Below are positions 25,475 to 34,967 of a DNA stretch of 54,463 nucleotides, piece by piece (position 1 is the stretch's first letter; each line of letters starts with the position of its first letter). The stretch covers positions 1 to 54,463 of IMG/VR virus record IMGVR_UViG_3300043568_000537. The stretch is one strand, 5' to 3'. The stretch comes from a virus. Taxonomy: Duplodnaviria; Caudoviricetes. Both the position numbers and the translations under genes were made by a program. The notes beneath the pieces are model-generated. The model was given only the letters and a program-made list of their open reading frames with translations. It was not told the origin of the DNA and searched no databases.

Positions 25475-25729
25475 ATGAAACAACAACCGAAACAACAACC
25501 GAAGCAGCAACCTAAGCAGCAGCCAAAGCCTAAGCCTAAAGTGCAAAACTATGGTGCTACAAAAGAGGATAGTGCCTTTTCAAAAAGGTCTGGTATCCCA
25601 TTGTCAGAAGTAATGGCGCAAGGCGGAGTTACCCCTAGTTCTGTAATGAAGGAGATTGAGAAACAAGGAGCATATACAGTTAGGATGAAACCTACTGGAC
25701 TCTATAAAAAAACAACCAAAAAGAAGTAA
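25475..25729 (+). CDS. Basic protein with KQQP repeats
   Basis: ATG at 25475; (KQQP)x4 with synonymous variation, which supports coding. Confidence 0.6.
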   Translation: MKQQPKQQPKQQPKQQPKPKPKVQNYGATKEDSAFSKRSGIPLSEVMAQGGVTPSSVMKEIEKQGAYTVRMKPTGLYKKTTKKK

Positions 25730-25730
25730 G

Positions 25731-26063
25731 ATGCCACAACCTAAAAAGCCAGTAGCAAAGTCTGCCAAACCAGTAGCTAAAAAAGTATTGCCAAAAGCTG
25801 ATACTACTAAAATATCTAAACCATATAAGGTATCTGCTGATGAACCATATTTGAAAGGGTATGTTTATCCAGGCGCTGATTCCACTGGTAAAAAAATGAG
25901 ATATAATGCTAAAGTGGTTGCTCCTGAAATGATAAAAAGAAATGAAGAGAGAAAGAAAGAAGGAAAGGCTCCAATCTCTTATAAATCAATTACAGGTTCT
26001 GACGTTATTCCATTTAGCAAAAAGGGTAAGTCATTTAAGGACAACCCAATTAAAAAGAAGTAA
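25731..26063 (+). CDS. Lys/Pro-rich basic protein
   Basis: 110 aa with KPVAK repeats. Confidence 0.6.
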   Translation: MPQPKKPVAKSAKPVAKKVLPKADTTKISKPYKVSADEPYLKGYVYPGADSTGKKMRYNAKVVAPEMIKRNEERKKEGKAPISYKSITGSDVIPFSKKGKSFKDNPIKKK

Positions 26064-26066
26064 ACG

Positions 26067-26189
26067 ATGGCAAAGGCAAAAGGCTCATCCGATAAGATTA
26101 AAGTAACCTTTGGTAAAAGAAAGAAGGGTGGAGCCCAGAAGTCTTTTAACAAGCACGACAGGAAGGATAGAAAATATAGGATGAGATGA
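26067..26189 (+). CDS. 40-aa basic peptide (not in ORF track)
   Basis: MAKAKGSSDKIKVTFGKRKKGGAQKSFNKHDRKDRKYRMR; ATGA overlap with the next gene. Confidence 0.55.
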   Translation: MAKAKGSSDKIKVTFGKRKKGGAQKSFNKHDRKDRKYRMR

Positions 26190-26572
26190 GTACTGCTGTA
26201 AAAAAAAATCCTGGATTATGGAAAAGAATAGTTGCCAATGTAAAGGCTGGCTCGAAAGGCGGAGATGCAAGCGAATGGTCTGCAAGAAAGGCTCAATTAG
26301 CGGTAGCCTTATACAAAAAATCTGGTGGTGGATATCAAGGAAAGAAGTCAAGCTCAAATTCGTTATCGAAATGGACGAAGCAGAAATGGACGACCTTTTC
26401 TGGGAAGCCCTCGGATGGGATGCGTCGGTATTTGCCGGAGAAGGCGTGGAAGTCGTTGAGCCCAAGCCAAAGAAAGTCAACAAACCAAGCAAAGGCACAG
26501 GGAAACCTGAAAGGCCAACAGTTCGTAAAGCAGCCAAAAAAGATAGCGGAAAAAGTAAAAGAGTTTAGATAA
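26186..26572 (+). CDS. Basic phage protein (WSARKAQL family, DUF5872-like)
   Basis: WSARKAQL..YKKSGGGY..SLSKWTKQKW..RYLPEKAW motifs. Confidence 0.7.
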   Translation: MSTAVKKNPGLWKRIVANVKAGSKGGDASEWSARKAQLAVALYKKSGGGYQGKKSSSNSLSKWTKQKWTTFSGKPSDGMRRYLPEKAWKSLSPSQRKSTNQAKAQGNLKGQQFVKQPKKIAEKVKEFR

Positions 26573-27657
26573 TGAAACCTAAGTTGTCTGATATAGTTAA
26601 AGTGTTAAGGCAGAAGGCTAATACTTCTGACACTCTTTTTGTGTCTGATCCAAAGGATAAAAGACTTAAGTCTTATCAAGACAGCTTGAGTTTATATAAT
26701 AAATCTAAAAAGGAAATAGGGAAGGACGGTAATAGTAAAAAAAATACACCAGTATATATTAAGAAGGGGATAAACCCAAGGGAATTAATGAAAACTGCGT
26801 ATTCTTTTGTTCAGAATCAACTTATTGATGTTAGTGGAAGATACGACAATAACATGAACCCTAATAATAATTTTCCTGCTCCGAAAGTAAAGCAAAAAAT
26901 ACTGCCAATAGCTGGAATTGGAATTAATGAAGGGAACTCCATGGGAGGATGGTATGATATATATAAAAAACCTACACAGCCCGTTAAGTATAAGAAGTCT
27001 GATGTTATAAAAGCACTTGAAGATAAACAAGGTTCTGATACGTTATATGTAGATGACTTAAAAAGTCCAAGGTTAAAAGCGTACCAGGATAGTTTAAAGT
27101 TATATGGGTTTAATCCTTCTAGGAAAACCTTATCTAAAGTAATAAAAGAAGGAGTATATAATAAAGCAAATCCAAAAAGTGTTTCCGGGGATATAAAGCC
27201 TATAGAATACTATAAGGCTAATATGGGGAATATTAATAAGTTAGATGCTGAAGGTAAAACATATACTTTTTTTCAACCAGATGTAACAAAAGAAAATTCT
27301 TCAAGATTTTATTACGACCAAAATAAATTTACTAGAGATAGGAAAACCGGAGAAATAGCCATCTCAAATGTTGGTATATACAAAAAGCCCGTACAGCCTG
27401 TCAAGTATAAGAAGCCAGAAACAAAAAAGGAAGAACCTGCAAAGAAGAATGAAAGCAAGCCTGTAGAGAAAAAGAAAAACGTATACGAGGGTACGCCAGT
27501 TTACTCACCAGGCGCAGGAAGCGGTATGCCAAGTGCGCTAGTAGGATTTAGGAGTAAGAGTGGAGATACCACATATATCAAGCCTGAAGACTATGAAAGG
27601 TTTGCTGTTCCTAAATACGGTAAAGCATTTATTGAAAGCAAAAGCAAAAAGAAATGA
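26572..27657 (+). CDS. Basic protein with two tandem ~138-aa modules
   Basis: SDTLxV..D..RLKxYQDSLxLY ... IYKKPxQPVKYKK occurs twice. Confidence 0.7.
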   Translation: MKPKLSDIVKVLRQKANTSDTLFVSDPKDKRLKSYQDSLSLYNKSKKEIGKDGNSKKNTPVYIKKGINPRELMKTAYSFVQNQLIDVSGRYDNNMNPNNNFPAPKVKQKILPIAGIGINEGNSMGGWYDIYKKPTQPVKYKKSDVIKALEDKQGSDTLYVDDLKSPRLKAYQDSLKLYGFNPSRKTLSKVIKEGVYNKANPKSVSGDIKPIEYYKANMGNINKLDAEGKTYTFFQPDVTKENSSRFYYDQNKFTRDRKTGEIAISNVGIYKKPVQPVKYKKPETKKEEPAKKNESKPVEKKKNVYEGTPVYSPGAGSGMPSALVGFRSKSGDTTYIKPEDYERFAVPKYGKAFIESKSKKK

Positions 27658-27959
27658 TAGACTACAGGGGTGAGAAATTCAGTGGTTATAACAAGCCAAA
27701 GGATGCATCTGATGGAGTACACAAAAAAGTAGTACTAGCCAAAGAGGGTGATAAGGTAAAGCTTATACGCTTTGGTGCAAAGGGATACTCATCTAACTAC
27801 TCCCCTGAAGCTAGAGAACAATATAGGAAGAGGCACGCCAAAGAAGCAAATTCTTCAAAATTATCTGCTGGTTGGTGGGCTTATCACTATCTTTGGAGTA
27901 AGAGCTCACAAGTGTACAGAAGCGGAAAGTCTTCTGGCAAGGGGGAGCGATTTAAATAA
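27654..27959 (+). CDS. Small basic phage protein
   Basis: FSGYNKPK..KKVVLAKEGDKVKLIRFG..YRKRH..SAGWWA..LW. Confidence 0.7.
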   Translation: MIDYRGEKFSGYNKPKDASDGVHKKVVLAKEGDKVKLIRFGAKGYSSNYSPEAREQYRKRHAKEANSSKLSAGWWAYHYLWSKSSQVYRSGKSSGKGERFK

Positions 27960-27971
27960 ACCAAACCATAT

Positions 27972-28571
27972 ATGGAGCATCTCTACAACACAATCAAACC
28001 TGTTGGCAAAAGAGTAGTTATTGCTGTTCGTTCCGGGGAAAAGGATTCCCATAAAGTAATAAGGGATGACGGAACCGAAGTTGAGTTATTCGTAAATACT
28101 AACTACTCATGGGATGGAAAGATTTCCAACCATACACAGGGACTACTACTGACAGATTTCAAGAACCTTAAAGCAGGAACAAATGTACTGTTCAACCACA
28201 ACTCAATCACAGATGAGTACAAACTGGATATCGAGCCCGATAACCTTACCTCAGTTTACGCCATTGACTCAAATATGCTACACTTTGGTGTAAAGGATGA
28301 CCAAGTCGTTTGCATAGACGGGTTTATGCTAGCTGAACGCATGTACGAAGAAGAAGCTAAGTTTGGAAGTATTATCCTTGCTGATAAGAAGAAGAAGGAA
28401 TGCATGCTAAAGATTTTAGCAAAGCCTGAAAGCGTAACAGAGTTTGAGGTTGGAGATATTGCAATAGTCTACAAGTACTCCGACTACGAAATGACGCACA
28501 ATATAGGCGGACAAAGAACTACACTTATTAGACTGAAATATACAGACTGTATAGGGAAATGGGAAAACTAG
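27972..28571 (+). CDS. GroES-like co-chaperonin with two tandem domains
   Basis: IKPVGKRVVI...LKAGTNVLF and FMLAERMYEE..FGSIILA...EVGDIAIV..YEMT halves. Confidence 0.6.
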   Translation: MEHLYNTIKPVGKRVVIAVRSGEKDSHKVIRDDGTEVELFVNTNYSWDGKISNHTQGLLLTDFKNLKAGTNVLFNHNSITDEYKLDIEPDNLTSVYAIDSNMLHFGVKDDQVVCIDGFMLAERMYEEEAKFGSIILADKKKKECMLKILAKPESVTEFEVGDIAIVYKYSDYEMTHNIGGQRTTLIRLKYTDCIGKWEN

Positions 28572-28855
28572 AAGACAAGATAGCTATATACGAATCCGAT
28601 GGAATCGTTGGGGCTTACTACGCGCTAAATAGAAAACTAAACGAGATTACATCATTGCTAAATAACAATGACCTTTCTAAGCTTGACCTATCTGATAAAG
28701 ACAATGGATCATGGGAAAGGGTAATGAAGTTGTTTAATAGCGTAGGTGATATAAACGAAGTATTGAAGAAGTTAAGGGTAGACAACCAATTATCGGGTGA
28801 TGAGGAGAAGGATAAGTCTAGAAGGAAACCTATAATAGAAGAACTGTTCAAATGA
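28559..28855 (+). CDS. Helical protein, candidate terminase small subunit
   Basis: 98-aa helical ORF upstream of TerL; call is positional only. Confidence 0.4.
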   Translation: MGKLEDKIAIYESDGIVGAYYALNRKLNEITSLLNNNDLSKLDLSDKDNGSWERVMKLFNSVGDINEVLKKLRVDNQLSGDEEKDKSRRKPIIEELFK

Positions 28856-29466
28856 GGAAAAGAATAAAGCTTTCCGATGATAAGGAGGTTATTTACAAAG
28901 CCTACCAAGATGCTTTATCCGATTTGAGGGTAGAGAAGTTTAGGAGCAGAAAACATATTGAGGACAAGAAGGAGATACGGAAGGAGAAGAATAAGAAGAT
29001 AAATACTATGTCTTATAAGCACTTCCGAATGACGCAAGTTCTTTGGGGTGTAAACAAGAGGATAGAGAAGCTAAAGAGAAGGCACTCCGTTCATCAAGCT
29101 AAGGGAAGAAGGGATGGGTATAAGAAGGCTGTAGCTAGGATGGATAAGCCTAACTTCAAGACAGACAACCCTGCTAGGTTTATAGGGATGCTTGGTATCC
29201 TAACAGATGCAATGGGGTTGACTATTAACGAATGCGCATTCCTTATGTGGGCAAATAGATACGACTACTTTGTAAAGTCAGATTTTGCTAGAGATATGGA
29301 AGGAACAAGTATTCCGTATTATTCTTGCGTAAGCAGACTAAAAGAAAAGGGAATGATTGTCAAGATGGATGAAGTTAAAGAGTACGGGAGATTCAAGTTT
29401 TGCTTAAACGCAATAGGTAAGATGAATGCATCTAAGATAGATAAGTTTGTAAAGAAGATAAATTGA
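28852..29466 (+). CDS. Basic protein with a C-terminal winged-helix-like region
   Basis: GLTINECAFL...VSRLKEKGMIVK...FCLNAIGK resembles a MarR-like wHTH. Confidence 0.55.
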   Translation: MRKRIKLSDDKEVIYKAYQDALSDLRVEKFRSRKHIEDKKEIRKEKNKKINTMSYKHFRMTQVLWGVNKRIEKLKRRHSVHQAKGRRDGYKKAVARMDKPNFKTDNPARFIGMLGILTDAMGLTINECAFLMWANRYDYFVKSDFARDMEGTSIPYYSCVSRLKEKGMIVKMDEVKEYGRFKFCLNAIGKMNASKIDKFVKKIN

Positions 29467-31481
29467 AGCAGACATATAATATATACGGAATAGATTACGA
29501 GTGTCCAGATACACCATCTGTGATAGATGGTTCTCAATTCGCGAACTGCGAACAGTATTTTAGGAGGACTGAAGTTCCTGTATCATTTGAAGACTTGGAG
29601 TTTGACGAAGATGGGAATGCTGTGTATGACGATAATCATATTGACTTTATTACCAAAGAGGTTGATAAGATAAAGAACGGATACTGGTTTATGAATGACG
29701 GTGAACCTACGTACATAAATGGACTTCACTACTTCTACCTAAACTATTGGACTCTTGAGAATGGGGACATGCCTGACTATAGAGATGTAGATAGAAGGTA
29801 TTTCTATTTCCAGGAGTATTGTGAAAATGATACGCAATGCTACGGGATTATACGAATAAAAAAACGTAGGGAAGGTGCTACATCTCAAGCTACGTGCTAT
29901 TTAGTTTGGAAGGCTATAACACAAAAGAAATCATTCTGCGGCATCATATCAAAGACTGGTAAGGATGCTTCTGATGCTTTCATATATATGGTGATGAATG
30001 GGTATAGGAATCTACCTGTATTCCTAAAGCCGAGAGTAGAGGATGAGGATACGAAGACAGAGCTTGTATTCAGGAAAAGAAAGGATAAGAGGAAAGCTAA
30101 GGTTAGAGATAAGGGACAAATCTATGATAGCGATATCGGTCTTGAGTCAAAGATTAACTTTAAGAACACAGCTCTTAACTCATACGACTCCGGAAGGGTA
30201 AGTGCACTACTTATGGATGAGGCAGGTAAGTGGCCGAAAGAAGTAGCTGTAAACCAATACTGGCCTATCGTTAAAAAGACACTTACTAGGGGTGCTATCA
30301 AGGTTGGATTCTGCCTTATACCATCAACAGCAAATGATGCAAAGAGTGGTGGTGAGCCATACAAGATGTTGTTTGAGCAGTCTAATCAATTTAAAGACCC
30401 TAGTACTGCAACAGGACTATACAGATATTTCTGCCCAGCATATGACGGATACGAGGGTTTTATAGATAGGCATGGAAAGTCAATAATAGACGAGCCGACA
30501 GAAGAGCAAGCAAATTATATAAAGAAGAGATACGGATTAAAGATTGTATCCGGAGCAAAAGACTATCTGCTAAAGCAAAGACAACTGCTGTCTGATGATA
30601 AGAAGGCTCTTTCCGAAGAGATAAGGATGAACCCATTTGACGAGAATGAGGCGTTCATGATTGACCAAAGGAAATGCTACTTTAATGCAGAAAAGATATA
30701 CAATCAGATTGACTTCCTGAAAGAAGAAAGGATTCCAATTAGGAAGGTTCGTTTGATATGGAAGGATGATAAAACTGTAGATTGGGTTGATGATAAGGAT
30801 GGTCCTTGGAAGGTTTACAAGTTTCCTCCAAACGGGGAGTCTAACAAATCGCTAGAATCGGATGGGATAAAAATACCGGCAAATACGCATAAATACGTAT
30901 CAGGTATTGACCCGTTTAAATCATCAATTATTTCCGGCAAGGGATCAATGGGTGCTTGCCTTGTATTTGAGAGGTTGGACATGAGTGACCCAAGTAATAC
31001 CTGTATGCCAATAGCTGAGTACATAGACAGGCCTAGGCTGAAGTCAATGTTCCATGACGAGATGTTGAAGGCTTCGATATATTGGGGATACAAAGCGTGT
31101 TACGAGAATGACGTAGGAGATGACTTTGTTGACTATTTCAGTAATAAAGGTTTCAAAGGATATCTGATGAAAACGCCTGAGTCTGCCATAGACAAGAACC
31201 GAAAAAGGAATGTATCAAAGTTTGGGGTTACTTCCGGTGATGCATTCGCATTGGCTAGGCAGTTGGATACCTGCATAACCTATATAGAGAACCATTGTGA
31301 GAAGATAGTCTTTAGCGAACTGTTGGAGGAACTTCTTCAGTATGACCATGAGCACAGGACTATTTACGATAGAAGTGTGGCATTTATGATTAGTTTGCTT
31401 TCTGGCGTATCTTTAGAAAGCAAGAGGATTGAGAAGGCATCTAGCTCTATTCCTATCAGGACGTTTAAACTAACAACATAA
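29463..31481 (+). CDS. terL: Terminase large subunit
   Basis: HYFYLNY, KKRREGAT (Walker A variant), LLMDEAGKW (Walker B), GIDPF nuclease motif; TTG start; precedes the portal. Confidence 0.9.
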   Translation: MKQTYNIYGIDYECPDTPSVIDGSQFANCEQYFRRTEVPVSFEDLEFDEDGNAVYDDNHIDFITKEVDKIKNGYWFMNDGEPTYINGLHYFYLNYWTLENGDMPDYRDVDRRYFYFQEYCENDTQCYGIIRIKKRREGATSQATCYLVWKAITQKKSFCGIISKTGKDASDAFIYMVMNGYRNLPVFLKPRVEDEDTKTELVFRKRKDKRKAKVRDKGQIYDSDIGLESKINFKNTALNSYDSGRVSALLMDEAGKWPKEVAVNQYWPIVKKTLTRGAIKVGFCLIPSTANDAKSGGEPYKMLFEQSNQFKDPSTATGLYRYFCPAYDGYEGFIDRHGKSIIDEPTEEQANYIKKRYGLKIVSGAKDYLLKQRQLLSDDKKALSEEIRMNPFDENEAFMIDQRKCYFNAEKIYNQIDFLKEERIPIRKVRLIWKDDKTVDWVDDKDGPWKVYKFPPNGESNKSLESDGIKIPANTHKYVSGIDPFKSSIISGKGSMGACLVFERLDMSDPSNTCMPIAEYIDRPRLKSMFHDEMLKASIYWGYKACYENDVGDDFVDYFSNKGFKGYLMKTPESAIDKNRKRNVSKFGVTSGDAFALARQLDTCITYIENHCEKIVFSELLEELLQYDHEHRTIYDRSVAFMISLLSGVSLESKRIEKASSSIPIRTFKLTT

Positions 31482-31502
31482 TTTGTACTTTTGCTTTAGA
31501 TT

Positions 31503-33821
31503 ATGGCAAATACTAACAAGGAAATATTGAATTTCCACCTCGGAACAATTAAGTCCAAAAGGGATGAGAAGGAAGGATTGAAAATATCCAAGTACCTTGA
31601 AAGGGCTTTTAATAGTGGATACTTTAGCAAGCGAAACAAGAAATTCGACAAGAATAGGAAGTTTGCTAGAGGCAGACAGCCTATGGCTGAGTTTCTAGAT
31701 TTGCTTAATGTAGACGGTAAAGAGGCATTTGTAAACCTTGACATGAAGGCTCCTGCCATTGCCCCAAAGTTCATACAGGTTATGATTGGTGGATTTATGA
31801 AGAGGGAGGAGAAAGTTAGGGTTTCTGCCATAGACCCAATATCTACAGATAAGAAGAAGTACGAAAGAGAAGAGGCTGAGTTTAGGATGAACTTTGGCGA
31901 TGAGATAAAGGGTATTGAAGAGCAGGCTGGATTAAAGCTTATCCCAGATAATGCCTATACTCCAGAAGATTATGAAGAATTGGATTTGTTCTTTGGCGGA
32001 CAGTATCAGCTTCCGGAAGAGATTATGTTTGAAAAGGGCATAACTGCTGTATTAGATACTAGTGGATGGGATGTGATAAAGAGGAAGCTGTTGGAGGATA
32101 TGATTGAGGTAGGCTTGGCTTGTACAAAAGTAACTTCATCTAGAGACGGAAAGATTACAGTAAGAAGGGTAATACCTGAAAACTTAATCTATTCATATTC
32201 TGATTACGATGACTTTAGGGATATGTCTTTTATTGGTGAAGTTATCTCAATGAAGATATCTGATCTTAGGGAGATGTATCCTAATATTGATGAAGAGAAG
32301 TTTTTTAAGATTTCACAGAAGTCAAAGAACTATACGTCATCTGTAAAGTGGGAAGAAAAGTTTAGGTATAATATCGACAGGCCTTATGATGATTTTACTG
32401 TTGACGTTTTAGACTTTGAGATTAGGACTGTTGATTCTATGATATACCAAGCCAGGATTAATAAGTTTGGTAATCTTATTGTAGAGAAGAAAGATAAAGA
32501 ACCTCAGAAGGTAGGTGACAATAAAGAGATTATTAGGAAGACCATGAAGGTAAATTATCATGGTGTATATGTGATGAACTCTGATATTATGTTGGAGTGG
32601 GGAGTTGCTAAGAACATGATTAAGCCGTCTATAGCAAAAGAGCTATCTGACGTATTCTTTAGCTACAGCCTGTACATGCACGAGAATCTTGACCTTGAGA
32701 ACATGGCTATCCCTGAAAGGATGGAAACATCTATTAGGCAGATGACTCTTGCTCACCTAAAGATTCAACAGCTTGTAGCCAAGTTGAGGCCTTCTGGTTT
32801 GATTATAGATATTGATGCCCTTTCTGATATTAGTCTTGGTCAAGGAAAGAATGTTACTCCAATGGAGATACAGCAGATATACGACCAAACTGGTAATATA
32901 TATTATAGAAGAAAAACTGAGGATGGTGATAATGTAAATGGAGTACCTATTTCAGAAGCACCAAATAGCGGAAGCATTGGACAGATACAGGAATTGATTA
33001 CCGTATACAACCACTACCTTACTAGACTTAGGGATGAGATTGGTGTAAATGAATATCGTGAAGGAGCTTCTGTTAATCCTAAGTTGGGACTTGGAGTTCA
33101 GCGTTCACAAGTAGAAGCATCTAATAACGCAACCGACTTTATTTATGATGGATATCTTAATCTATATAAGCAGACATCATTTAAGTCAGCTTTGTTATTA
33201 TACGATTCTGTACTTTATGGAGGTAGGCAATACAGGGATTACATATCTGATAAAGAAGTTAAGGATAAGCAATTTGATGTAATCGTTGAGGTTATGCCAG
33301 ATGAGGCAGAAAAGCAGTTCTTGAACAGTATGATTCAAACAGCAATATCTGCAAATGCTATTGATTTTGAAGATGCATTTAAGGTAAAGAACATAAAGAA
33401 CTATAAGCTTGCCGAGATGTATCTGTCTAAGGCTAAGAGAAAGAAGATGAGGGATGATATGCAGAAGGCGCAACAGAACTCTGAAATGAATGCTCAGTCT
33501 CAACAGCAGTCAATTATGGCTAAGGCACAAGCTGATGCACAGACTCAGCAGGTTGAAGCTCAATCCAAGATAGCTATTACAGACGCTGAATCTAAAATGA
33601 AAAGCGACCTGTCTAGGCAAGAGTTTATTCAGTTGGCACTTATGAAGTCATTTGAATTGGATAGGGAATTGCCCGATGAGATTCAGAGCATAGTAGACCA
33701 ATACTTCCAAGAAAAGGAAGAACAAAAGCAAATGGCTATGCAGCAACAGCAGGAGCAAATGATGCAGCAAATGCAGCAACAAGAAGCTCAAGAAGGATCA
33801 GAAGGTCAGGAAATGCAATAA
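31503..33821 (+). CDS. Portal protein
   Basis: 772 aa after TerL; IAPKFI, GVNEYREG, ASNNAT and a Gln-rich C-terminal barrel typical of podovirus/crAss-like portals. Confidence 0.85.
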   Translation: MANTNKEILNFHLGTIKSKRDEKEGLKISKYLERAFNSGYFSKRNKKFDKNRKFARGRQPMAEFLDLLNVDGKEAFVNLDMKAPAIAPKFIQVMIGGFMKREEKVRVSAIDPISTDKKKYEREEAEFRMNFGDEIKGIEEQAGLKLIPDNAYTPEDYEELDLFFGGQYQLPEEIMFEKGITAVLDTSGWDVIKRKLLEDMIEVGLACTKVTSSRDGKITVRRVIPENLIYSYSDYDDFRDMSFIGEVISMKISDLREMYPNIDEEKFFKISQKSKNYTSSVKWEEKFRYNIDRPYDDFTVDVLDFEIRTVDSMIYQARINKFGNLIVEKKDKEPQKVGDNKEIIRKTMKVNYHGVYVMNSDIMLEWGVAKNMIKPSIAKELSDVFFSYSLYMHENLDLENMAIPERMETSIRQMTLAHLKIQQLVAKLRPSGLIIDIDALSDISLGQGKNVTPMEIQQIYDQTGNIYYRRKTEDGDNVNGVPISEAPNSGSIGQIQELITVYNHYLTRLRDEIGVNEYREGASVNPKLGLGVQRSQVEASNNATDFIYDGYLNLYKQTSFKSALLLYDSVLYGGRQYRDYISDKEVKDKQFDVIVEVMPDEAEKQFLNSMIQTAISANAIDFEDAFKVKNIKNYKLAEMYLSKAKRKKMRDDMQKAQQNSEMNAQSQQQSIMAKAQADAQTQQVEAQSKIAITDAESKMKSDLSRQEFIQLALMKSFELDRELPDEIQSIVDQYFQEKEEQKQMAMQQQQEQMMQQMQQQEAQEGSEGQEMQ

Positions 33822-33850
33822 TGCATATATTTGTATAAAATAAACCAACC

Positions 33851-34945
33851 ATGTCAGAAGCACAATTCAATCCATTTGACACATCGTCATACTCAAATAC
33901 TCCGGTGGAAGTTCCACAGGAGGTTGTTGTAGAAGATGTTCAACCAGAAGCACAAGAAAGCCAAGAGGTACAATCTACAGTTAGTTCAGATACTGCAGTA
34001 GAACTTCCTCAAGAAAGCCAAACAAATGTACAATCTCAAAGCGAGCCTGTACAGTTTGAGTGGCCAAATGAAGTAGCAAAAGATATTTACGACAAGCTTG
34101 TAAATGGTAACATATCAGAATTAGCTGATATGATTTATGAGCAAAAAGTTCTTTCAAGTTTGGATACAATGAGCGAATCGGATGTTCTAAAGCTTAAAAT
34201 GGCTTATGAATATCCGGACTTAACACCTCAAGAAATAGAGGAAGAGTTTAGTAGCAGGTTTGGCATTGATGATGATGCTGATACCACCATGATGACCGAT
34301 GATGAAATTGCTGCTCACAATAAGAGAATTGACAAGCAAATGAAGTCTATGTCAAGGGAGATGAAGAAAGAGGTTAGAGAGGCTAGAGGATACCTTGAAG
34401 GATTAAAGCAAGATATTTCGTTTCCAGATATATTAAGTCAAGTTCAGAGTACACAGTCACAGGTATCACCTGACGATGTATTGAACAATTACTTCGCACA
34501 GCAAGAACAAGAGCAGAATCAAGTTTATGCAGAAGCCAGACAGGCTTATGTAAGTAGCTTAGATAATGGTCTAAAATCCTTTGATGGGTTCAGTGTCAAT
34601 TACAAGGACGAGGATGTCCAGTTTGACGGAAAGTATAACCTTACTCCGGAAGAAAAGGTTAATCTTTCTAGCACCCTAAAAGAATTTGATTTAGAAGAGT
34701 TTTATGGTAATCGTTATTTCAAGGAAGGAAGATACGATTCAAAACAACTCGCAGAAGATGTTTATTTCTTGCAGAACAGAGACAAGGTGGTTAACTCGCT
34801 TGTGACACAGGCTGTGTCTAAAGCAAAGTCTGACCTACTTAAATCTATGAAGAATATTGATTTCAATGATTCGCCAAGGGTTGCTGCGTCTTCAAACTCA
34901 AATGATGACTATAGTGCGATGGTATCGAAATTGTATAGTTTATAA
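33851..34945 (+). CDS. Capsid scaffolding-like acidic protein
   Basis: Acidic low-complexity N-terminus; between portal and capsid; TATATTTG box at 33826-33833. Confidence 0.65.
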   Translation: MSEAQFNPFDTSSYSNTPVEVPQEVVVEDVQPEAQESQEVQSTVSSDTAVELPQESQTNVQSQSEPVQFEWPNEVAKDIYDKLVNGNISELADMIYEQKVLSSLDTMSESDVLKLKMAYEYPDLTPQEIEEEFSSRFGIDDDADTTMMTDDEIAAHNKRIDKQMKSMSREMKKEVREARGYLEGLKQDISFPDILSQVQSTQSQVSPDDVLNNYFAQQEQEQNQVYAEARQAYVSSLDNGLKSFDGFSVNYKDEDVQFDGKYNLTPEEKVNLSSTLKEFDLEEFYGNRYFKEGRYDSKQLAEDVYFLQNRDKVVNSLVTQAVSKAKSDLLKSMKNIDFNDSPRVAASSNSNDDYSAMVSKLYSL

Positions 34946-34967
34946 TAACAAATTAAAATAAATCAAA

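Noticed and set aside
26218-26568. Alternative-frame and antisense ORFs over 26186-26572
   Set aside because: The WSARKAQL frame carries the recognisable family motifs; the others are shadows.
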